From contig NC_083409.1 of the NCBI RefSeq assembly GCF_020745735.1, positions 17,814,341 through 17,878,340 of the forward strand: 64,000 bases of DNA, written 5' to 3'. Positions 24,230-33,142 of the stretch are shown in pieces. The stretch is from Hemiscyllium ocellatum (taxonomy: Eukaryota). Made by a program: the position numbers and the translations under genes. Under the pieces are notes generated by a model. The model was not told the DNA's origin. It did no database searches and was given only the letters and a program-made list of their open reading frames with translations. The stretch's first letter is position 1, and each line of letters begins with the position of its first letter.

Positions 24230-25400
24230 GAGCATCAGGTTGCATGAGGGAACTGCTTGTCCTGCTTCCTGGAATACCATGAGTACAGGAAGTGTGGTCA
24301 GTGACAGCAGTTGGAACTCCGGGTTTCGGAGCTTGAGCAGCAGCTGGTGTCAGTGAGGAACGTCCGTGAGGCTGAGAGCTCCGTAGAGAGCACGTTTCTA
24401 GATGTGATCACTCTGCAGTTTCAGAGTATGCAGGGAGAGAGGGAATGGGGGAGCAGCAGACAGTCCAAAAGGACCAGGCAGCTAGTACAGGAATCCCATG
24501 AGTGCATCCCACTCTCCAACCAGGATTCATTTCAGAATCCTGATCAGAATGATGGTTCATCTGGGCAGTGCAGCCAGAGCCAAGTCCCTGGCACCACGGG
24601 GGGCTCAGCTGTACAGGGGGCACAAGGAAGACTGGAAGAGCAATAGTGAGAGGAGATTCGAGAGTGAGGGCATCAATAGGTGTTTCTGCAGCTGCAGATG
24701 GGAATCCAGGATGGTGTGTTATCTCCCTGGTGCCAGGGTGAAGGATGTCACTGAGCGACTGCAGAGCACCCTGAGGGGAGAGGGGGAACAGGCAGCAGTC
24801 GTGGTCCACATCGGTCCCAGTGACAGTGGGAGAAAAGGGATGTGGTCCTCCAGTCAGAATTTAGGGAGTTCCAGAGGGAATTAGCAGCAGGAGCTCAAAA
24901 GTAGGAATTTCCAAGATTACCCCCAGTGCCCCACACAACTGAGAATAGAAAGAGGAGGATAGCACAGGTGACGGTGGAACTGAAAAGACAGTCCAGGAGG
25001 AAGGTATTTCGATTATTTTAACATTGGACTGGCTTTGGGGGGAGATGGACATGTACAGACCAGATGGGTTGCTCCTGAACAGACCTGGGACTGAGTTCCT
25101 TTGGGGTGATTTACTCGTGCTGTTGGAGAGGGTTTAAACTATCTTGGCCTGTGGGATCCAGGAGCTAATACCAGAGAGGAACACAGAGGTGCACAGAATC
25201 CTGGGAGAGATAGATAGCACCAGAATAAGGAATAGAACTTCTTACCCAGTTTCAGAGTGAGGGAGAGAGTAATAAATTCTAAATCAGGGTCACTGTGTAA
25301 GGATGGGACTGCACGGAGTGTTGGGAATAAGACTGGGAAGGTACAGCCACAGAGTGTTAAGTGGAAATCTGATGTGTGTCTCTCACATAGAAACATAAGG
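24230..25400 (+). mobile_element. CR1 ORF1 remnant (coiled coil + SGNH esterase-like domain)
   Basis: ELRVSELEQQL (coiled coil); IVRGDSRVR...SRMVCCLPGARVKDVTERLQSTLRGEGEQAAVVVHIG; frameshifted. Confidence 0.8.
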
Positions 25401-25454
25401 TAATAAGAACATTAGAAATAGGAGCAGGAGTGGGCTATCTGACCCATCGAGGAT

Positions 25455-25910
25455 GAGAACGTTAGTTATGAAGATAGACTGAAGACGTTGGGACTGTTTT
25501 CCTCAGAGAAGAGAAGGCAGAGAGGAGATTTGATCGAGAAATTCAAAATCAGGAGGGGTCTGAACAGAGTAAACCAGGAGAAAATGTTCCCACCTGAGAA
25601 AGAATTGAGAGGGAGAGGCCATGGATTGAAAATAATTGGTAAAAGAGGCGAAAGTGAGATGAGTGAAAAACATTTTCAGCCAGTGGGTGGTTAAGGTGTG
25701 GAATGCACTGCCTGAGAGTGTGGTGGAGGCAGCTTCAATTGAAACATTCTGAAGGGAATGAGACTGTTATTTGAAAAGGAACAATGTGCAGGGTGACAGG
25801 GAGAAGGCAGGAGGATGACACTCAGTGAATTGCTCATTCAGAGAGCCGGTCCAGACAGGATGGGTTGAATGGCCTCCTTGTGCACTGTAACAATTCTGTG
25901 ATTGTGTGAT
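25455..25910 (+). mobile_element. CR1 3' end
   Basis: SYEDRLKTLGLFSSEKRRQRGDLIE; tail 'attctgtgattgtgtgatt'. Confidence 0.85.
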
Positions 25911-26343
25911 TGAGCAGAGTTAAAGCTGGGGGAGGTGGGAGCTCGGTGTCTCACTGTGCTGCTGCTGCTGCTGCTGAGGTCAGTGAGATCAGAGACTGGG
26001 ACAGGGAGCCAGAGCTCACATCAAACTCTGCCCCGTGTCCGTCACACTGAGACTGGCAGGAGGCTACTCACTGATTTCACTCCATGCTGCAGGAATGGGA
26101 CCACAGGCTGCAAATGGACAGAGCTCCTCCACACGGTGAGTAAAACTGACTGACTTATATCTTGCTGCTTAAGGGGGCAATAGGACGACAGAAATACAGC
26201 TGGACACCCTGTTAGACACAGTGCTCCTCAATCAACATTCATTCACTGCAGCTCCCCACTAACACCTGCATCAATTCAGCATTTGTGATTTAGAAAGTTT
26301 CAGTATTGAAAGGGTTAATAACGGAGGATTGAGGTTTACTTAC

Positions 26344-26378
26344 TCAGTCTGAGCTTGGTTCCTTTACCGAACGTAAGC
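26344..26378 (-). CDS. IGKJ: J segment, copy A
   Basis: LTFGKGTKLRL + A|gtaagt, identical to copy B. Confidence 0.95.
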
Positions 26379-26417
26379 CACAGTGAAGCTCCCAGTGTAG
26401 AAGGCTGTACAAAAACC
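26379..26417 (-). other. J RSS, copy A (23-bp spacer)
   Basis: CACAGTG-aagctcccagtgtagaaggctgt(23)-ACAAAAACC. Confidence 0.96.
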
Positions 26418-26822
26418 TCAGCTCTCTGCTTCCCTCTGTCACTCTCACCCTCTCCCTATTTCCCAGTCTGTTGATCACTCTCACCCTCTTTTTTGGCCCC
26501 TATCAGTCTCTCCCTCATTCATGTGTCTTTCTGTCTCTGCCTCTGGGTTTGTGAACTTTATTTTTGTGTTAAATCTTGCAGCTGTTCTTCACATGTCCAT
26601 GGAGTGGAAGGGGGAAACTTGAGGCCTTCAGTGAGCGGTGGGACCCCACAGGGACGGGAGTGTGTTGTGGACAGTGACAATCCCAGCATGGGGTAATTGT
26701 GTCGTTTCATTAGATCTAACTGTGGGATATGACAGTTCAGGCGGTGGGACTGTGTGTGCCATTATTATGCATTTTATATAACCGTGGATGTGTCAGTACA
26801 GGAGGTGATTCTTGTGCTTTGA

Positions 26823-26849
26823 GGTTTTTGTATGGCCTGTGTCACTGTG
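26823..26849 (-). other. V RSS, copy A (11-bp spacer)
   Basis: CACAGTG-acacaggccat(11)-ACAAAAACC; one base shorter than copy B. Confidence 0.9.
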
Positions 26850-27146
26850 TCGAGGGGAGCTGTAACCTGCTGACAGTAATAGTCAGCGACATCCTCATTC
26901 TGAACGTTGCTGATTGTCAGGGTGAAACTGGTCCCTGATCCACTGCCAGTGAATCGATCGGAGACTCCTGTGAATCGATTTGTTGCAGCATAGATCAGGA
27001 GAGAGGGTTTCTGACCTTCTCGCTGCTGGTACCAGGAAAGCTCATTGCTAACAGATTGACTGGCCGTACAGGTGATGGTTGCGGTCTGGCCCAGTCCCAC
27101 TGACAGCACCGGGGGAGACTGGTCATGATGATGTCCCCACTGATAC
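26850..27146 (-). pseudogene. IGKV: V segment, copy A (apparent frameshifts in FR1 and CDR3)
   Basis: Identical to copy B V except 1-bp deletions ('gactggtc' vs 'gactgggtc'; 'aacctgc' vs 'aaccttgc'). Confidence 0.85.
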
Positions 27147-27328
27147 CTGAGGGCAGAGAGAAACACAGTGAAGTCAGAACTGTCACAGAAAGAGCCGGTC
27201 AAATGAGAGATTGTTGGAGACACTGAGCATTCCTCTGGTTCAGCATTTTCCCTCAACCACAAGTCAGTGGAATTGGAGTGAAATGGAGAGCAGCTAAAGA
27301 TTCAAGGTGGAAGGAGAGAGATTTGTAC

Positions 27329-27375
27329 CTGCGACACAGAATGCCAGGGGCAGATCACTGGATGTGTGAAATCAT
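27329..27375 (-). pseudogene. IGKV: Leader exon, copy A (apparent -2 frameshift)
   Basis: 47 nt vs 49 in copy B ('ggggcagatcactgg' vs 'ggggccagatcagctgg'); may be consensus error. Confidence 0.8.
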
Positions 27376-27435
27376 GGTGTGTGCTCCTGTCCCTGTGCCT
27401 GGTTCCTGATAAACTCTCCCTTCACTGGGCTCTGC

Positions 27436-27489
27436 TTTATAAAGCTCCAGCCTGTGAGAGTCTGACTGGGTGTTCCTCAGTATGTAAAT
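27436..27489 (-). promoter_or_regulatory. V promoter, copy A (TATAAA, ATTTACAT)
   Basis: tttata at 27436-27441; atgtaaat at 27482-27489. Confidence 0.68.
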
Positions 27490-27589
27490 GGCATCAGGCA
27501 GAGAGAGCCACGTCAGCCCCTCACACTTCCTCTTCTCTCTCTCTATCTCACTCTCTCTGTCTCAGAGTGATTGATGTGAACAGCACTGA

Positions 27590-28500
27590 ATGAGGCCATT
27601 TGGCCCATTGTGTCTGTGCTGGTAAACAAAGATGTGATGACACTAATCCCATCCTCCAGCTCTTGGCCCATGACCCTGGAGGCAACAGCAACACAAGGGA
27701 ATATCTAAACACTGCTCCAATGTCATGAGAGTTTGTGACTCAACCAGCCTTTCAGGCAGTGAGTTCCAGACTCCCACCACCCTCTGGGTGAAAACATTTC
27801 TCCTCAATTCTCTCTCACTCTGCAACTCAACTGGGCCTGGATTCACTCAAGTTTATAAGGATGAGACGGAATCTGATTGAAACATATAAAAGTCTAACAG
27901 GCCCGGGCAGTAAGGAGGTTTCCCCTGGTGGGAGTCTGGAACCAGGGGACACAGTCTCAGGAGATACGGGGTAGAACATTTAGGACTGAGATGAGGAAAC
28001 ATTTCTTCACTCAGAGGATGGTCAACCTGATGAATTCTCTACCACAAACGCTGTGGGGGACAAGGAACTGAATATATTCAAGAAAAAAAGAGAGATAGTT
28101 GTTTTGCATTTTAACAGCATGAAGGAAATAGGGAGAAAGCAGAAACATAGCAGTGAGAGAGAGGATCAGCCATGTCATACTGAATGACACACAAGATTCA
28201 AAGGGCTGAATGGCCTACTCCTGCTCCAAGTCTCTATGAGACCATGTCTGTGTTACCTTCAATTCTCTGTCCCTGGTTATTGAGTCCTTTACTCTTGTAT
28301 AAAGTGCCTTCCTATGCAACGTATCACTGCCAACAATGATCTTATACCTCCTATCAGGTCCCTCTCAACCTTCAATGCTCCAAGGAAAACAGCCCCAATC
28401 TTTCCAATCTTTCCTCATAGCTAACCCTCCATCCCAGGCCAGCATCCTGGAAAATCTCCTCTGCCCCCTCTCAAGTACAATCACATCCTTCCCAGAATGT
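27590..28500. mobile_element. Cluster of three CR1 3' fragments (-,+,-) upstream of the promoter
   Basis: RRNVFTQRVVGVWNSLPE (minus); RRNLIETYK...FFTQRMVNL (plus); minus fragment 28270-28500. Confidence 0.75.
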
Positions 28501-28514
28501 TGTGACTAGGACCT

Positions 28515-28860
28515 TTCTCTCCCTCTCTCTCTTTTTCCCCTATCTGTCTCACATCTGCTACTTTGATCTCTCTACATCTATCTCTCTCTCCCACTGTTAA
28601 TCTCTCTCATATTCTCTCTCTCACTCTGTCTCATAGCCACTCTCTCCAACTCACTCACGCTTCCTCACTCCGTCTCATAATCTTTCTCCTTCTCTCTCAC
28701 TGTCTCTGTCACTCGCTCCATCTCTCACTTCAATTGAAACCTCCAAATGTTATCTGCCCCTCTCTATTTCTCCCTCTGTCTCTCCCTCCTTCTCCCACAT
28801 CCCACTCGACCTCTACTTCTCTTTCTCTGTCTCGCTTCTCTCTCTTTCTCACAGTGTCCC
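28515..28860 (+). repeat. CT-rich low-complexity tract
   Basis: Degenerate (CT)n/(TCTC) polypyrimidine; copy B ~61130..61470. Confidence 0.85.
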
Positions 28861-29161
28861 AGGTGGAGACAGTTGAATTCAGGATAAATCTCTCTCTGCT
28901 CTGCCCCACTAATGGATGTTAACCCTTGACCCCAGAAGCATGTCTTCTCCTGGAGTAAAGGCCCATTTCTCCACATCGACCAGGTTTTGGTATCTCTTAG
29001 AAAGATGGACAGATTGTTGGTAAATGAAGGGCAGTTTTGTGCTGTTGGCCTATTCTCACTGGGATTGGTTTGGACACAAACCCATTCCATGAAGGCCCAG
29101 CAGAGAGAGGAGATCCTCAGGCCGTCAGTGTGAGCTGGAGGGACAGGACAGGCTCTGACCC

Positions 29162-29174
29162 NNNNNNNNNNNNN
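29162..29174. other. Assembly gap, 13 N
   Basis: 13 consecutive N. Confidence 1.
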
Positions 29175-30050
29175 ACTGTTACAATGTCGGGAAAGTGGCA
29201 GCCAGTTCTACTCAGCAAGATCCCATAAAAAGCAATGAGATCAAGGACCACTGTTAATGATGATGGTTCAAAGATAAATATTGTCTGAACTCAACCCAAA
29301 GACCAACAATTGGGTTCAGTTGGATGGGAAATGAGGAAATGGAGTGGAAAGGAGCAGGTGGTTGGTGGGTTAGTGATGGGATTGATTGTTACCAGAAAAT
29401 AAAAGGAAGGGGCAGAATTTTTGAATATCAAAGGAACCTTGAAAGTGCAGGAAAATCAATAATAGAACAAACTCAAAGAGTTTTTATCTAAATGTGTGAA
29501 ACCATTCCGAATAAGGGAGACAAAGTGATGCCACAAATTGGGTAAATTGAGTTCCCAAGGGATTTAAACTAGTTAAAGTGGAGGAGGGCTCATGAGAAGT
29601 TATTCAGGTTTCTAGAAGATGTAATAGGACCGAGAATATGGAAAGGATCAGGAGTTGAACATCGAACACAAGAGTTAGAGGACAATGATGAGAAGGAAGG
29701 CAATCAGTGCAGGACTGAGGGTGTTGGACTTAAATGCACACAGTATACACAATGGGCTTGTAGTACAGATTGAAACTGGCAGGTACGATGTTGTGGGTAT
29801 CACAGGGACATGGCTGTAGGGGATCCGGGCTGGGAACTAAATATCCAAGGTTACATGTCCTATCAAAAGGACAGGCAGATGGGCAGAGGGGCAAGAGTTG
29901 CCTTGTTAGTAAGAAATGAAATTAAATCAATAGCAAGAAGTGATATAGAGTCAGAAGGTGTAGAATCTGGGTGAGTAGAGTTGAGGAACCTCAAGAGATA
30001 AAGAATCTGATTAAAGTTATGTCCAGGTCTCCAAGCAGTAATCAGGATCA
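29175..30050 (+). repeat. Old diverged paralogue of J-C intron segment 18380..19260 (SINE + double CR1 start composite)
   Basis: Same junction 'gataaatattg..ctgaa.tcaacccaaaga' and shared 'gttagtgatggg.ttgattgttaccagaaaataaaaggaagg', 'agtgatgccacaaattg', 'cagtgcaggactgagggtgttg'. Confidence 0.75.
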
Positions 30051-30344
30051 TGATCAGGAGGGGGACAATGGGGAACACAATAATCTGATGCAAATTCCCC
30101 ATCAACGCTCATCCATCCCTTAGGCACAGCAAGATCACAAGCCAAGAAATTCAAATCAACTGTTTGGGAGCCAGAGCCACTGGGAACCCTATATTGATGA
30201 ATATGACCAGCAGGACCTTGTTACTCAGAATAACAATTGCACAATAACAATTTGGGAAATAAATATTCCATAAATTAGACCTGGGTTTTCTTTACTCTTC
30301 AAATGAGATGGAATTGTCCCGTGTGTCCTTGGGGTCAGAATTGG

Positions 30345-31420
30345 CTGTGTTGGAGGAGACAGAGGATAGTGATGAGAGGATGGTTTTCAGAATGGAGGGC
30401 TGTGACTCGTGGGGTTCCACAGGGAACTCTGCTGTATATGGTCTACATAAATGATTTGGAGGAAAGCGTAGCTGGTCTAATTAGTAAGTTTACAATTGAT
30501 ACAAAGATTGGTAGAATTGGAGAGAATGAGAAGGATTATCTAGGATATGGCAGGATAGAGATCAGTTGGATGCTTGGACAGAAAAATGGCAGGTGTAGTT
30601 TAATCCAGACAAATGTGAGGTGATGCATTTTGAAAGGTGATGTACAGGTGGGAATTATATAATGAATGGCAGAATCCTTTGAAGTTTTGATATACAGAGG
30701 GATCTGGGTGTGTATGTTCACAGATCACTGAAGGTGCCAGCACAGGGGAGGTAAGGCAGTAAAAAAGGCTTAGGGCATGCTTGCCTTCATTGGAAGATGC
30801 ATTGAGTGTAAGGATAGACAAGTTATGCTGCAGGTTTATAGAACTTTATTCCGGCCACGCTTGGAATATGGTATACTGTTCTGATTGCATATAACTGCAT
30901 ACAGTCCAAAAGAAGGATGTGGATGTTTTGAAGATGGTGCAGAAAATGTTTACCAGAATATTGTCTGGTATGGGGGGATTATAGTTCTGAAGAAAGGTTG
31001 GAGAGACTGAGTTTGTTTTCACTGGAATGCAGGGAAATGAGGTGCATCCTGATAGAAGTTTACAGAGTTGTGAATGGGATAGGCAGAGTGGAAAATATGA
31101 GGCCTTTTCCCAGGGTGGAGGGGTCAAATACTAGGGGACGCAGGTTCAAGGTGCAGGGGTTTGGGGGGGAATTAATTGTAAAGAGATGTACAAACCAAGT
31201 ATTTCACACAAAGGGAGTTGAGTACCTGGAACACACTGCCAGAGGAGGGAGTGGAAGCAGACACAATAGAAGTATTCAAGAAATACCTGCACTAATGTAT
31301 GAATAGGAACGGAATAGAGGGATATGAATCCTGTTGATGAAGATAGTTTCAGTATAGAAGGGCAAAATGTATCAGCACAGGCTTGGAGGGCCGAAGGGCC
31401 TGTTCCTGTGCTGTATTGTT
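30345..31420 (+). mobile_element. 5'-truncated CR1, inverted sister of 36735..37840
   Basis: WFSEWRAVTRGVPQG...FTIDTKIG remnants; similar 5' truncation point and the same 3' flank as the minus-strand copy. Confidence 0.8.
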
Positions 31421-31819
31421 CCTTGTTCTTTGGTCCCTGCTGTTGATTGGATTCTCGGGAGCCAGCTCCATATGAAGAGCCTGTTCTCATCTTTGTTGGA
31501 GTTCATGGGGCAGCTGCTGCTTCCTTGCTACGTCACTGATCAAACCAACAATGGGGAAAGCCTCTTGATATTTTAAGTACACTGTCTGCAGGAAAATGTT
31601 TGGCTGAGGTTTTAATATTGTTTAATAAGATAATGATATCAATACACCAGTGTTTTTTACAGCTAGGAACATTTAACATCATAGTCCTTGTTTTAAATGG
31701 ACTCTCACTCATGATAATTCTGTTTTCAATGTTTCTCTCCCTTTATGTGTTATGAAGAGATTTGCCAACATGTTTTGGTGAGGACAGTGCATCTTCATTG
31801 GAAGATTGGAAGATTATAT

Positions 31820-32955
31820 CTTCAGGACACACGCACTAAACAACCCCACCACCCTGTGGCTGACCATTTCAACTCCCCCTCTCACTTGCTAAGGATATGC
31901 AAGTCCTTAGGCCTCCTCCGCTGCCAAATTGAAGCCATCTAACAACTGGAGGAAGAGCACCACATCTTCCACCTTGAGACCCTCCAATGACATGGAATCA
32001 ATGTTATAGAGTCATAGAGTCATGGAGATGTACAGCATGGAAACAGACCCTTCGATCCAACCCGTCCATGCCAACCAGATATCCCAACCCAATCTAGTCC
32101 CACCTGCCAGCACCCGGCCCATATCCCTCCAAACCCTTCCTATTCATATACACATTCAAATGCCTCTTAAATGTTGCATTTGTACCAGCCTCCACCACAT
32201 CCGCTGGTAGCTCATACACGTACCACACTCTGCGTGAAAAAAGTTGCCCCTTAGGTCTCTTTTATATCTTTCCCCTCTCACCCTAAACCTATGCCCTCTA
32301 GTTCTGGACTCCCCAACCACAAGGAAAAGACGTTGTCTATTTATCCTATCTATGCCCTTCATAATTTTGTAAACCTCTATCAGGTCACCCCTCAGCCTCT
32401 GACGCTCCAGGGAAAACAGCCCCAGCCTGTTCAGCCTCTCCCTGTAGCTCAGATCCTCCAACCCTGGCAACATCCTTGTAAATCTTTTCTGAACCCTTTC
32501 AATTTTCACAACATCTTTCCGATAGGAAGGAGACCAGAATTGTATGCACTATTCCAACAGTAGCCTAACCAATGTCTGTACAGCCGCAACATGACCTCCA
32601 ACTCCTGTACTCAATACTCTGAATGTTGATGTTACTTGTTTCCTCATCTCCACTCCCCCAGCTTATCCCAGATCCAACCCTCCAACTTGGCACCACCCTC
32701 TTGAACTGTCCATCTTCCTTCCCACCTATCCACTCCACCCTTCACTCTGACCTATCACTGTCACCCCCACCTCCACGTACCTATTGCAATCTTCATTACC
32801 TTTTCCCCAGCCCCAATTCCCTCCCATTTATCTCACCGACTCCTCCACTCCCCTCCTCCCCATTCCCCTGATGAAGAGCTTATGCTCAAAACATCGACTC
32901 TCCTGCTCCAGGGATACTGCCTGACCGGCCGTGCTTTTCCAGCGCTACATGATTT
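31820..32955 (+). mobile_element. PLE pLTR unit interrupted by a CR1 insertion
   Basis: HPVADHFNSPSH (GIY-YIG C-terminus) at 31840-31900; resumes at 32622. Confidence 0.75.
32006..32621 (-). mobile_element. Young 5'-truncated CR1 nested in PLE
   Basis: IERVQKRFTRMLPGLEDLSYRERLNRLGLFSLERQRLRGDLIEVYK; (ATAGAGTC)n tail; AATGTT on both sides. Confidence 0.88.
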
Positions 32956-33142
32956 CACTCTGTGCTGTGGTAACAGAGTGTTAAAGCCCAGCGCAGGTCA
33001 TCCGTCATCTCAATCAGATCACAGGGTCTAAGGTTGGTCAGTAATGTCTGGCCCCAGGACAATAACACTGACTAACTGGAGACAACCCAGATCAAGTCCC
33101 AGCGAGAGTGTTCTTGACATTCACACTCAAAGCCCACCAAGA

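Larger units (their letters stand above)
1..29161 (+). repeat. Copy A of ~29-32.6 kb near-identical segment (pairs with 32604..61776)
   Basis: Base 1 'cctgtactcaatactctgaatgttg' recurs at 32604; last bases before the gap 'ggacaggctctgaccc' recur ending at 61776; the ORF track repeats with offset 32603-32615. Confidence 0.98.

Noticed and set aside
25935-26153. Signal-peptide-like ORF (LTVLLLLLLRS) and plus-strand donor acacg|gtgagt at ~26135
   Set aside because: No ATG; the Leu run is just a (CTG)5-6 microsatellite; no downstream plus-strand exon is evident.
27164-27170. Extra CACAGTG heptamers (27164, 26217; CACGGTG at 26132) as cryptic RSSs
   Set aside because: No acceptable nonamer at 12 or 23 bp spacing.
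28563-29090. Ser/Leu-rich and Arg/Glu-rich ORFs (also 60994..61491)
   Set aside because: Translation artefacts of the CT-rich low-complexity tract.
29175-29178. 'actg' follows the gap and also follows the matching site in copy B (61777)
   Set aside because: Only 4 bp and the sequences diverge immediately; compatible with chance.
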